43,988 bases of DNA, from the NCBI GenBank assembly GCA_964022095.1, contig CAXHZO010000020.1:1-43988 (forward strand), written 5' to 3'. How positions within the stretch are numbered: the first letter of the stretch is position 1; the number at the start of each line of letters is the position of its first letter. This stretch comes from an uncultured Arcobacteraceae bacterium (GTDB taxonomy: Bacteria; Campylobacterota; Campylobacteria; Campylobacterales; Arcobacteraceae). Below, one piece after another: positions 8,552 through 18,764 of the stretch. The notes beneath the pieces are model-generated. The model saw only the letters and a program-made list of their open reading frames with translations, had not been told where the DNA came from and did not search any database. A program made the translations under genes and the position numbers.

Positions 8552-8650
8552 TGTGTCTTTTAAAACTGTGTCATGTTTTGTGTCATGTTTTTATGTCAAA
8601 AAGGTGTTTTAGTGTCACAAAATAGTCAAATTGTGTCATCTTTTTGTGTC
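8552..8650. repeat. array of degenerate (TG)TGTC(A) direct repeats
   Basis: TGTC at 8554, 8569, 8581, 8594, 8613, 8634, 8647; degenerate TGTT at 8605 and AGTC at 8624. Confidence 0.75.
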
Positions 8651-8659
8651 TTATATTGC

Positions 8660-8690
8660 CGATAAATAGGGGTTAACGCCCTATTTATCG
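8660..8690. terminator. 12-bp perfect hairpin between convergent dgt and dctM
   Basis: CGATAAATAGGG-GTTAACG-CCCTATTTATCG; no clear U-tract on either strand, so terminator function is uncertain. Confidence 0.5.
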
Positions 8691-8705
8691 AATGTATAGC
8701 TTATA

Positions 8706-9992
8706 TTAACTTCCATACATTAGGTTTGGAAGCCATAATGCGATATCTGGAATATATGTTACTAGTAATAGTCCTGCTAAGATAGTCATTGTCCAAGGGA
8801 AGGCTGCAACAATAACATCTTTTATACTCATACCCGTAAGTCCTGAAGTTACGAATAAGTTAAGCCCAACTGGTGGGGACACCATACCTAGTTCCATATT
8901 GATTGTAATTACAATACCAAAGTGAATTGGATCAATTCCTAAAGCCATTGCAACTGGTAATAATAATGGTACCATAATCATAATAATCGCTGATGGTTCC
9001 ATAAATGAACCAGCAAGGATTAGAAGTAAGTTAACCATTAACAAGAACATAACTTTGTCTACATTTGCTGCAATTAGTGCTTCTGTAATTTGTTGAGGAA
9101 TATTCTCAATAGTTAAGAAGTGTGCAAATAACATTGCATTAGCAATAATAAACATAATCATAGCTGTTGTTTTAGCTGAATCTAAAGCTGTACCCCAGAT
9201 TTGGTTTAATTTAATATCTTTATATACAAATACAGAGATAAAAAATGCCCAAACACAAGCTACTGCTGCTGCTTCAGTTGGTGTAAAAATACCACCATAG
9301 ATACCACCAATAACAATAATAATTGTCATTAATCCCCATGATGCATCTTTCATTTTTGCTAATCTTACTTTTAATGGCTGAGGTTCAGTTCTTTCAAAAC
9401 CTAATCTTCTAGCACCAATATAAGTAACGATCATTAACATTAAACCAAGCATAATTCCTGGAATAACACCTGCCATAAATAGTTTACCAATAGAAACTTC
9501 TGCTGTAACACCATATACGATAAGTACAATTGAAGGTGGAATTAAAATACCTAATGAACCGGCAGTTGCAATAGTACCAACAGCATATTTCTTAGGATAT
9601 CCAGCTTGCATAATTGCACCAAACATGATTGATCCAATAGCAACAACAGTTGCAGGTGAACTACCAGAAACAGCTGCAAAAATAATAGAGGCAAAAATAG
9701 CTGCAATTGGTAATCCACCTGGTAAGTGACCAACACAAGCTTTTGCAAACTCAATAATTCTATTTGCTGCACTACCTTTACTTAGTAAGTTACCAGCAAA
9801 GATAAACATAGGAATGGCCATTAATGAATAATGGTGAACCTTTTCAAAAATCATTGCAGAAATTTCGATTGGAGAAATATCTGTAAATAACATTAATGTT
9901 GTAAATGTTGCAGCACCTAAACAAATTGCAATAGGTGTTCCAAGAACCATTAAGAAAAGAAAAATACTAAATAATACACTTACACTACTCAT
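8706..9992 (-). CDS. dctM: TRAP transporter large permease
   Basis: Highly hydrophobic; LMAIPMFIFAG, AVSGSSPATV, LGILIPPS, FTPTEAA, GIDPIHFG, SPPVG motifs. Confidence 0.96.
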   Translation of the reverse strand: MSSVSVLFSIFLFLMVLGTPIAICLGAATFTTLMLFTDISPIEISAMIFEKVHHYSLMAIPMFIFAGNLLSKGSAANRIIEFAKACVGHLPGGLPIAAIFASIIFAAVSGSSPATVVAIGSIMFGAIMQAGYPKKYAVGTIATAGSLGILIPPSIVLIVYGVTAEVSIGKLFMAGVIPGIMLGLMLMIVTYIGARRLGFERTEPQPLKVRLAKMKDASWGLMTIIIVIGGIYGGIFTPTEAAAVACVWAFFISVFVYKDIKLNQIWGTALDSAKTTAMIMFIIANAMLFAHFLTIENIPQQITEALIAANVDKVMFLLMVNLLLILAGSFMEPSAIIMIMVPLLLPVAMALGIDPIHFGIVITINMELGMVSPPVGLNLFVTSGLTGMSIKDVIVAAFPWTMTILAGLLLVTYIPDIALWLPNLMYGS

Positions 9993-10591
9993 AGCATTCC
10001 TCCTGTTTTCTTCTCAGCATCTTTAACCATTTCTTCTAAACCTTTATCTTCTTTAACATTTCCTGCCATACCTTGTAAATGCATTTCATGTTCACTAACT
10101 TTAACAACTTTTTCATGTGGAGTTTTAATAATCTCAACTAGTTTTTCAATAACTCTATATCCTCCAAATAGGAATGATACAGGTACAACTAAGTAAATTA
10201 TCCACATAGGCATATCCCATAAATCAATTGATCTTTCATCTAAGTCAATAACTAATAATAAATACTCATATCCATAATATGAAACTGCTAATAAGAAAAC
10301 AATTGTCACAATATGAGACAGTATTAACATTACTTTAGCCAATTTAGTTGGCATAATATCTAATATAATTGTTACTGCGATATGAGCATCTTTTTTAAAA
10401 CAGTATGCTGCTGCAAAAAAGGCACTCCACAAGAATAGATATACAGTTAATTCACTTGCCCAAGTAAAAGAAGCATCGAATCCATATCTTGCAACTACAT
10501 TAATAAATGCAACTGCAACACCGGCTGTCATACCGATTGCTGCAATTGATTGATTAATAAAACCTATGATCTTACTAATTAAATTAAACAT
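9989..10591 (-). CDS. dctQ: TRAP transporter small permease
   Basis: Four TM helices, NVVARY..WASEL..HIAV; lies between dctP and dctM. Confidence 0.93.
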   Translation of the reverse strand: MFNLISKIIGFINQSIAAIGMTAGVAVAFINVVARYGFDASFTWASELTVYLFLWSAFFAAAYCFKKDAHIAVTIILDIMPTKLAKVMLILSHIVTIVFLLAVSYYGYEYLLLVIDLDERSIDLWDMPMWIIYLVVPVSFLFGGYRVIEKLVEIIKTPHEKVVKVSEHEMHLQGMAGNVKEDKGLEEMVKDAEKKTGGML

Positions 10592-10596
10592 ATTAA

Positions 10597-11592
10597 CTAC
10601 TTAGTAGCGATTGTTTTTTCGATTAAATCTTTACCAATTAATCTATCACTGTAGAATTCTGGATAAATTTTGCTAACAGCTTTTCTCCATGCTTCTCTTT
10701 GCTCATCAGTTAATGTGTAAATTTCTAATTTACCAGTTTTTTGTGCATATTCTTGGATAGCTTTAAATTGTGTATCATTTAATTCTTTTGCATATTCTCT
10801 CTCTTTAGCAGTAGCTTCTTTCATAGCTTGTTTAACATTTGCTTGTAAATCAGCTGGTAAAGAGTTCCAGAATTTTTTAGACATTACAACTAAGTAACCT
10901 AAGTAACCATGGTCAGAAACAGTTAAGTATTTTTGAACTTCGTGGAATTTTTTAGTGTAGATGTTAGAAAATGGGTTTTCAGCTGCATCAATTACACCTT
11001 GTTGTAATCCAGAATATACTTCAGAGAATGGCATCATTTGTGGGTTACCACCTACTGCTTTGATTTGTGCTTCTAATACTTTAGAAGACATAATTCTAAA
11101 TTTTTGACCTTCTGCATCACTTGGGTTAATTAATGCTTGTTTAGAAGAAGAGAATTGTTTAAATCCATTATCCCAGAAATCTAAAGCAACAATTCCTTTA
11201 GCTGTAACCATATCTTTTAATTTAGTTCCAACTTCACCGTCTTGAACTCTGTGTAAGTGATCAATATCTTTAAAGATAAAAGGCATATCAAATAATGCTA
11301 ATTGAGGTACAATTTTACCAAATTTAGAAAAACTTGGTGCTGCCATTTGAACTGAGTTTAATCTTAAAGCTTTTACAACTGCACCATCAGTATATAATTG
11401 AGATGATGGGTAAACTTGAACATCGATTTTTCCACCAGATAATTCCTCTAATTTCTTTTCAAAGAAATCTGCTGCTTTACCTTTTGGTGTATTTGGACTT
11501 ACAACGTGAGAAAATTTAAGCGTATACTCTGCTGCTAATCCTGAAGTTGCAACCATTGCTGCTGCGATTGTTCCTAAAACTAATTTTTTCAT
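10597..11592 (-). CDS. dctP: TRAP C4-dicarboxylate-type substrate-binding protein
   Basis: Signal peptide; FSHVVSPNTPKGKAA, WDNGFKQ, KFRIM (carboxylate-binding Arg), EVYSGLQQGVID. Confidence 0.95.
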   Translation of the reverse strand: MKKLVLGTIAAAMVATSGLAAEYTLKFSHVVSPNTPKGKAADFFEKKLEELSGGKIDVQVYPSSQLYTDGAVVKALRLNSVQMAAPSFSKFGKIVPQLALFDMPFIFKDIDHLHRVQDGEVGTKLKDMVTAKGIVALDFWDNGFKQFSSSKQALINPSDAEGQKFRIMSSKVLEAQIKAVGGNPQMMPFSEVYSGLQQGVIDAAENPFSNIYTKKFHEVQKYLTVSDHGYLGYLVVMSKKFWNSLPADLQANVKQAMKEATAKEREYAKELNDTQFKAIQEYAQKTGKLEIYTLTDEQREAWRKAVSKIYPEFYSDRLIGKDLIEKTIATK

Positions 11593-11625
11593 ATCTTTAC
11601 TCCTTAATATTTTTGATATGAAATA

Positions 11626-11667
11626 ATTATAGTTAAATGTTATGTAGCAATTATGTACGAAAATGTA
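11626..11667 (-). promoter_or_regulatory. dctP promoter: TATAAT plus phased TACAT direct repeats
   Basis: ATTATA at 11626-11631 (TATAAT on minus strand); (T/A)ATGTA at 11641, 11652, 11662 spaced 11 and 10 nt across the -35 region. Confidence 0.55.
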
Positions 11668-11893
11668 AATTTTAGAAATTTTTTTATGAATTTGTGTTTG
11701 TATATAATAATGTATATATTTTGATGCTTTTTCTCTATTTATTTATTCTTTTTTTGTATAAAATACAATAACTCAAACACACCTAGCACTAGAGTGCTTA
11801 ACCGTTTTTTAAACAATTTTACAGTATACTATCCCACTTTACTAGGAGTATGAAGAGTACAAGGAATATAAAAGATTAATATAAAGGAAAAAG

Positions 11894-14800
11894 ATGGGTT
11901 GTAATTTAGACTTATTAACGTCTTTTAAGGATAACTGTGGGTTCGGTCTTGTTGCTGATATGCAGAACAGACCAAGTCATGATAACTTAGAAGATGCGAT
12001 AACTTCACTTGAAAGAATGATGCACAGAGGTGCAATTGCAGCAGATGGAAAAACTGGAGATGGTTCTGGTTTATTACTTTCTATGCCTGATTCTTTCATG
12101 AGAAAAATTGCTACTGCACAAAATGTGGACTTACCAGATATTTATGCAGTTGCTATGATATTTGCAAAAGATTTAGAAGACATTGACACTTTTAAAGAGT
12201 ATTGTGAACAAAATGATTTAAAAATTGTATTAACTAGAAAAGTACCAGTTGATACTGATGCTTTAGGGAAACAAGCGTTAGATAGCTTACCAAATATTAT
12301 TCAAGTATTTGTAACACCAAATACATTAATGTCATCAAAGAGATTTGATGCAATGCTATACTTAACAAGAAAAGAGTGTGAGCATAAATTAATAGATAAA
12401 AAAGATTTTTATATTCCAACTTTCTCATCTAAAGTAATTGCGTATAAAGGGCTAGTAATGCCTACGCATATTAAACATTTTTACATAGATTTAAGAGATG
12501 AAGATTTTAAAATTTCATTCGCACTATTTCACCAAAGATTCTCAACGAATACTTTACCTCAATGGAGATTAGCTCAACCATTTAGAACAATTGCACATAA
12601 TGGTGAAATCAACTCAGTTGAAGCAAATAGATTTAATACACAAATAAAATCAGAAGAAGTAGAATCAGAGGTATTTACAAGAAAAGAACTTGATAGATTA
12701 CTTCCAATTTTACAGCCAGGTGGTTCTGACTCTGCATCATTAGATAATATGTTTGAATTTTTATTAGCAAACGGTGTTGACTTTTTCAAAGCTGCTAGAA
12801 GCTTAGTTCCTGCACCTTGGCAAAATGCACCTCATATGGATGCAGATTTAAGAGCATTTTATGAATATACTGCTACTGCTATGGAAGCATGGGATGGGCC
12901 AGCTGCTGTTTCATTAACAGATGGTAGACATATTGGATGTTTAATTGATAGAAATGGTTTAAGACCATCTAAATATGTAATTACAAAAGATGATAAATTA
13001 TATATTACATCTGAGTATGGAACTTTAAAACTTGAAGAAGAAAATATCTTAGAAAGAGGTAGATTACAATCAGGTCAAATGATTGGTCTAGATCTTAAGC
13101 ATGGAAAAGTTCTTAAAGAAGAAGATATTAATGATTATTTAAAATCTTCTCAAAACTACTCTAAATGGCTAAATGATGATATGGATTATGTTCAAGAATA
13201 TATTGAAGATTCATTTTTAAATACATCTGATTATGAAGTTGAGAATTTAGAGAAAAAACAAAAATATTTTAATATTACTTATGAAGCACTAGACCAAATG
13301 ATTGAGCCAATGGCTAAAGATGGTAAAGAACCAGTTGGTTCTATGGGTGATGATACACCATTAGCATGTTTTTCAACAGTAAATAGAAACTTTACAGACT
13401 TTTTTAAACAAAAGTTTGCACAAGTTACAAATCCACCAATTGATCCATATAGAGAAAAGATTGTAATGTCTTTAGAAACTGGATTTGGAAGAATTCATAA
13501 TATTTTAGATGAGCAACCAGAATATGCAAAAAGATTAAAGATTGCTAGTCCTATTTTAATGAAAGAGAAATATGAAATTCTTTATTCATTTGGTGATGAA
13601 AATTCTCCAAGATATGATGAATATTATAAAAATAGAGTTTTTACAACTATCTTTAAATCAAATTTAAAAAAATCATTAGAATCTTTATCTTCTTATGTAA
13701 TAAAAGCAGTTAAAGAAGATAATGTAGGTGTTGTAATTTTAGATGATAGAACTTTAAATGAAAATGAAAAAGCAATTCCTATGGCAATGGCTGTTGGTTA
13801 TATAAATCAACAATTATTAAAAGAAAATGTAAGAAGTGATGTTTCAATTGTTGCTATTACAGGGGAAGTATATGATCCACATATGGCAGCTGTATTAATT
13901 GGGTTTGGTGTAACAGCAATTTATCCATATATGTTATATGCATCAACAATTAACTTATTTAAAAGACAAGAACCAACTAAGTATGAAATGCAAAGATACT
14001 TAAAAAATACTCAAAAATCTTTAAATGCTGGTTTATTAAAAATCATGTCTAAAATGGGTATTTGTACTATTGCTTCATATAGAAATTCTGGATTATTTGA
14101 TGCAATTGGTTTAAGTGATGAAATCGTAAATGATTGTTTCACTGGTGCTCATAGTGATTTAGCAGGTCTTGGATATGAAGATATCGAAGAGAGAATTGAA
14201 AAATCACATTTTAATGCATTTAAAAAAGAAGGAACAATGTTACCAATTGATATTGGTGGTTTTTATAAGTTTAGTAGAGGTGGTGAGTACCATGATTATG
14301 GTCCAGCTACTACAAATGCAATGCATAATAAAAATGCAAAAAAAGTTGAAGACATTTCAGACTTTAAAGGTTTAAAAGAATTAATTGAAAATAGAGATAA
14401 AAAATTCATTAGAGACTTCTTTGAATTAAACTCAGATAGAGAACCTATTTCAATTGATGAAGTTGAATCGAAAGAAGAGATCTTTAAAAGATTCGCATCA
14501 GCTGCAATGTCATGTGGTTCTATTTCACCAGAAGCTCATGAATCTTTAGCCCAAGCTATGAATACAATTGGTGGTTCTTCAAACTCAGGTGAAGGTGGAG
14601 AAGATCCAGCAAGATTTAACACACTTAAAAACTCTAAGATTAAACAAATCGCTTCAGGTAGATTTGGTGTAACTCCTGGCTATTTAAGAAGTGCAGTTGA
14701 ATTACAAATTAAAGTTGCACAAGGTGCAAAACCAGGTGAGGGTGGACAGTTACCAGGTCATAAAGTAACTCCATTAATTGCAACACTTAGACATACAGTT

Positions 14801-16330
14801 CCTGGTGTTACATTAATTTCACCACCACCACACCATGATATTTATTCAATTGAAGACTTAGCTCAGTTAATCTTTGACTTAAAGCAAGTTAATCCATTAG
14901 CTAAAATCACAGTTAAATTAGTATCATCTATTGGTGTTGGTACAATTGCTGCTGGTGTTGCTAAAGCATATGCTGATAAGATTATTATCTCTGGTGGAGA
15001 TGGTGGTACAGGTGCTGCTCCATTAACTTCTATTAAGCATGCAGGTAACTCATGGGAAATGGGATTAAGTGAAGCTCATAATGCATTAAAAGCTAACCAC
15101 TTAAGAGAGTCTGTACATGTACAAACAGATGGTGGATTAAAAACTGGTATGGATGTTATTAAAGCAGCTATGCTTGGTGCTGAATCTTATGCCTTTGGTA
15201 CTGCTGCACTTACATTAGTTGGATGTAAAATTTTAAGAATTTGTCATACAAATAAATGTTCTGTTGGTGTTGCAACTCAAGATGATGATCTAAGAGCTCA
15301 CTTTACAGGAACAGTAGAGAGATTAATTTCTTACTTCACATTTATTGCTGAAGATGTAAGAGAAATTATGGCTTCATTAGGTTACAAAACTATGGAAGAG
15401 TTAGTTGGTAGAAGTGACTTATTAAAAGTAATTGATGACAAATTTGCACAAAAATTTGATTTCCAAAATATTTTAAGAAGAATTGATGGAGTTGATACTT
15501 GTCAAAAAGAGACAAATGCTCCATTTGATGATAATAAATTTGAAAAAGATTTATTAAAGAAAGTTCACAGAACTATTGAAAATCCAAATACTCCAGTGAA
15601 AGTTAATACTGAGATTTCTAACTTAAACAGAAGTTTTGGAGCATTAATCTCTGGTGAAATTGCAAGATTCTATGGTGATGCTGGACTTCCTGAAAACTCT
15701 ATAAATATGAATTTAAAAGGAATTGCTGGACAATCATTTGGTGCATTCTTATCTAAAGGTATGAACTTACATTTAGATGGCGCAGCTAATGATTATGTTG
15801 GTAAAGGTATGAATGGTGGTAAAATCATCATTAATCCAATGCACCAAGGTCCTCAATTTGCTGGTGCTGGTAATACTTGTTTATATGGTGCTACTGGTGG
15901 TAAACTATATATTAGAGCAGCAGTTGGAGAGAGATTTGCAGTAAGAAACTCTGGATGTACGGCTGTTGTTGAAGGTACTGGAGATAATGCTTGTGAATAT
16001 ATGACAGGTGGTATTGTAGTAATCTTAGGAAATACTGGGGTTAACTTTGGTGCTGGTATGACTGGTGGTCTATCATTTATATACGATCCTGAAAAGACTT
16101 TCGTTGATAAAATGAATCAAGAGTTAATTGAACCTGTAAGAGTTGATACTGATGATACAGAAAGAGAAAGATTATATCTGAAAAGATTGCTTCAAGATTA
16201 TGTTCATGAAACTGAAAGTGAAATTGCAGAAAGAATTTTACAAAACTTCAGATCAGAAATTAGAAACTTCTGGATGGTAAAACCTAAAAATATGACAGTA
16301 TTACCATTAGATCCGGATAAGGGAGATTAA
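11894..16330 (+). CDS. gltB: glutamate synthase large subunit
   Basis: Ntn Cys in DNCGFG, HQRFSTNT, AHNGEIN, QGAKPGEGGQLPG, CKILRICHTNKC 3Fe-4S motif, GXGXG C-terminal domain. Confidence 0.99.
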   Translation: MGCNLDLLTSFKDNCGFGLVADMQNRPSHDNLEDAITSLERMMHRGAIAADGKTGDGSGLLLSMPDSFMRKIATAQNVDLPDIYAVAMIFAKDLEDIDTFKEYCEQNDLKIVLTRKVPVDTDALGKQALDSLPNIIQVFVTPNTLMSSKRFDAMLYLTRKECEHKLIDKKDFYIPTFSSKVIAYKGLVMPTHIKHFYIDLRDEDFKISFALFHQRFSTNTLPQWRLAQPFRTIAHNGEINSVEANRFNTQIKSEEVESEVFTRKELDRLLPILQPGGSDSASLDNMFEFLLANGVDFFKAARSLVPAPWQNAPHMDADLRAFYEYTATAMEAWDGPAAVSLTDGRHIGCLIDRNGLRPSKYVITKDDKLYITSEYGTLKLEEENILERGRLQSGQMIGLDLKHGKVLKEEDINDYLKSSQNYSKWLNDDMDYVQEYIEDSFLNTSDYEVENLEKKQKYFNITYEALDQMIEPMAKDGKEPVGSMGDDTPLACFSTVNRNFTDFFKQKFAQVTNPPIDPYREKIVMSLETGFGRIHNILDEQPEYAKRLKIASPILMKEKYEILYSFGDENSPRYDEYYKNRVFTTIFKSNLKKSLESLSSYVIKAVKEDNVGVVILDDRTLNENEKAIPMAMAVGYINQQLLKENVRSDVSIVAITGEVYDPHMAAVLIGFGVTAIYPYMLYASTINLFKRQEPTKYEMQRYLKNTQKSLNAGLLKIMSKMGICTIASYRNSGLFDAIGLSDEIVNDCFTGAHSDLAGLGYEDIEERIEKSHFNAFKKEGTMLPIDIGGFYKFSRGGEYHDYGPATTNAMHNKNAKKVEDISDFKGLKELIENRDKKFIRDFFELNSDREPISIDEVESKEEIFKRFASAAMSCGSISPEAHESLAQAMNTIGGSSNSGEGGEDPARFNTLKNSKIKQIASGRFGVTPGYLRSAVELQIKVAQGAKPGEGGQLPGHKVTPLIATLRHTVPGVTLISPPPHHDIYSIEDLAQLIFDLKQVNPLAKITVKLVSSIGVGTIAAGVAKAYADKIIISGGDGGTGAAPLTSIKHAGNSWEMGLSEAHNALKANHLRESVHVQTDGGLKTGMDVIKAAMLGAESYAFGTAALTLVGCKILRICHTNKCSVGVATQDDDLRAHFTGTVERLISYFTFIAEDVREIMASLGYKTMEELVGRSDLLKVIDDKFAQKFDFQNILRRIDGVDTCQKETNAPFDDNKFEKDLLKKVHRTIENPNTPVKVNTEISNLNRSFGALISGEIARFYGDAGLPENSINMNLKGIAGQSFGAFLSKGMNLHLDGAANDYVGKGMNGGKIIINPMHQGPQFAGAGNTCLYGATGGKLYIRAAVGERFAVRNSGCTAVVEGTGDNACEYMTGGIVVILGNTGVNFGAGMTGGLSFIYDPEKTFVDKMNQELIEPVRVDTDDTERERLYLKRLLQDYVHETESEIAERILQNFRSEIRNFWMVKPKNMTVLPLDPDKGD

Positions 16331-16333
16331 GAG

Positions 16334-17710
16334 ATGTTAAACTTTACAAAATTTGAAAGAATTAATCCAGAAAAAAGAGACGTACTTCAAAGACTAAAAG
16401 ATTTCGATGAAGTGTATCAAGTATTTAATAAACAAAGAGCAAAAGAGCAAGCTGATAGATGTATGCAGTGTGGAGATCCATACTGTCATACTGGATGTCC
16501 ATTAGGAAATTATATTCCTGCATGGTTGAAGCAAACTGCTACAAAAAATCCAGAATATGCTTTTGCTATTTCAAATGAAACATCTCCTTTCCCTGAAATT
16601 TTAGGAAGAATTTGTCCTCAAGATGTATTATGTGAAGGTGCATGTTCTTTAAATACTGGACATGGTGCTGTTTCAATTGGTGCAGTTGAAACATTTATTT
16701 CTGAAGATGCATTCTCAAAAGGAATGAAACCGGTAATTCCATCACATAGAAATGGTAAAAAAGTTGCAGTAATTGGTTCTGGACCAACTGGAATTTCAGC
16801 AGCAACTTTTCTACTAAGAAATGGTTTTGAAGTTGAAATGTTTGAGAGAGCTGATAGAGCTGGAGGTTTATTAATGTATGGAATCCCTGGATTCAAACTT
16901 GATAAAACTACAGTTGATAGAAGAATTAACTGGTTATTAGAAGCTGGAATGAAACTTCATACAAATTGTGAAATTGGAAAAGATAAATCTATAGCAGATC
17001 TTGAAAAAGATTTTGATGGAATTTATTTAGGTATTGGAGCAACTAAAAGTAACTCTGTAAGAATTGAAGGTGAAGAGTCTTCAAATGTACACTTTGCAAT
17101 TGACTTTTTAACTGGTATTCAAAAAAGAAACTTAGGTAATAGCCAAATTGAATTTATTGATGTTAAAGATAAAAAAGTTGTTGTAATTGGTGGTGGTGAT
17201 ACTGCTATGGACTGTGTAAGAAGTTCAGTTAGAGAAGGAGCAACTTCAGTTAAATGTCTTTATAGAAGAGATGAAGCTAATATGCCAGGTAGTAAAAAAG
17301 AAGTTGTTAATGCAAAAGAAGAGGGTGTTGAATTTGTATTTAACGTTTCTCCAAAGTCTATTAAAACACAAGGTGATAAAGCAGTTGCAGTTGAGTTATT
17401 AACTACAACAATGAGTGAACCTGATGAAACTGGTAGACAAAAAGTTGTTATCAATGAAGGTAGTGAATATTTAGAAGATGCTGATATTGTAATTTTAGCA
17501 TTAGGATTCTCACCTGAAGCTCCTGAATTCTTAAAAGAATTAAATGTAGAAACTAACTCTTGGGGTGGTGTTATTATTGATAGAAAATACAGAACATCAA
17601 ACTTAAAAGTTTATGCAGGTGGTGATTGTAATAGAGGAGCACACTTAGCAGTTACTGCAGCAGTTGATGGAAGAGAAGCTGCAAAATCTATGGCAGAAGC
17701 TTTAGCATAA
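16334..17710 (+). CDS. gltD: glutamate synthase small subunit
   Basis: CMQCGDPYCHTGCP, GRICPQDVLCEGAC, GSGPTG, GGGDTAMDC; directly follows gltB. Confidence 0.98.
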   Translation: MLNFTKFERINPEKRDVLQRLKDFDEVYQVFNKQRAKEQADRCMQCGDPYCHTGCPLGNYIPAWLKQTATKNPEYAFAISNETSPFPEILGRICPQDVLCEGACSLNTGHGAVSIGAVETFISEDAFSKGMKPVIPSHRNGKKVAVIGSGPTGISAATFLLRNGFEVEMFERADRAGGLLMYGIPGFKLDKTTVDRRINWLLEAGMKLHTNCEIGKDKSIADLEKDFDGIYLGIGATKSNSVRIEGEESSNVHFAIDFLTGIQKRNLGNSQIEFIDVKDKKVVVIGGGDTAMDCVRSSVREGATSVKCLYRRDEANMPGSKKEVVNAKEEGVEFVFNVSPKSIKTQGDKAVAVELLTTTMSEPDETGRQKVVINEGSEYLEDADIVILALGFSPEAPEFLKELNVETNSWGGVIIDRKYRTSNLKVYAGGDCNRGAHLAVTAAVDGREAAKSMAEALA

Positions 17711-17714
17711 GATT

Positions 17715-18467
17715 ATGACTAATATTACAGCCTTTGATAAGAAAACTTTTATAAAGGCTGTAAAGCTTGCAAATGAAGAGATTTATAACTACATAAATAA
17801 TCAAATATCGTTTAAAGATTATCAATATTCAAATACAGTTGGATTTGGTGGAGATAACTCTTTAAATTTCGATATATCAGCAGAAAATATCTTTATAAAA
17901 CATCTTGAAAAATTTGGTAATATTTATTCTGAAGAGTGTGGATTATTAAATAATAATAGTGAATATACTATTGTAATTGATCCCCTTGATGGAAGTAATA
18001 ATTTTTTAAATAGTTTACCTTATTATGGTACATCAGTGGCTTTAAAAAAAGGTGAAGAAGTAATTGCAGGTTTTGTAACAAATCTTATTACTTCTATTAT
18101 AACTTACAGAATTTTTGAAGATGATATTAAATACTTTTCAATGAAAAACAGCACTTATGTGAACCCCTTAGAATTCTCAAAATCTAATTTAGCAATTTTT
18201 GAAAGAGCATATAAATTTCCAAATGTTTGTGAAAAACTGAAAGAAAATGGAATGAAATTCAGATGTTTAGGTGCGGTAGCTTTATCTTTATGTGATGCAA
18301 AAAATTACAATTTTGTATTATTCGCTGGAGATATAAGAGAGTTTGATGTAGCTGCTGCATTATATATCTGTAAAGATTTTTATATGTATAAATCAAGTAA
18401 ATTTATACTCTTATCAAAAAATAAACTGAAATTTGATCTCGTTTTAGAAATAATTAAAGATATTTAG
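17715..18467 (+). CDS. inositol monophosphatase/FIG superfamily phosphatase
   Basis: YSEE, IDPLDGSNNF and FDVAA metal-binding motifs. Confidence 0.88.
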   Translation: MTNITAFDKKTFIKAVKLANEEIYNYINNQISFKDYQYSNTVGFGGDNSLNFDISAENIFIKHLEKFGNIYSEECGLLNNNSEYTIVIDPLDGSNNFLNSLPYYGTSVALKKGEEVIAGFVTNLITSIITYRIFEDDIKYFSMKNSTYVNPLEFSKSNLAIFERAYKFPNVCEKLKENGMKFRCLGAVALSLCDAKNYNFVLFAGDIREFDVAAALYICKDFYMYKSSKFILLSKNKLKFDLVLEIIKDI

Positions 18468-18485
18468 GTTATAACTCCAACATAA

Positions 18486-18764
<279 letters not shown>

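Noticed and set aside
8552-8690. CRISPR array or coding sequence in the dgt-dctM gap
   Set aside because: Repeats are only 4-13 nt with no spacer-length unique segments and no cas genes; the 18-codon minus-strand ORF (MTQFDYFVTLKHLFDIKT) lacks a convincing SD.
11783-11800. CIRCE-like half sites (TAGCACT / GAGTGCT)
   Set aside because: CIRCE needs TTAGCACTC-N9-GAGTGCTAA; the spacer is missing and no chaperone gene is adjacent. Kept only as a generic palindrome.
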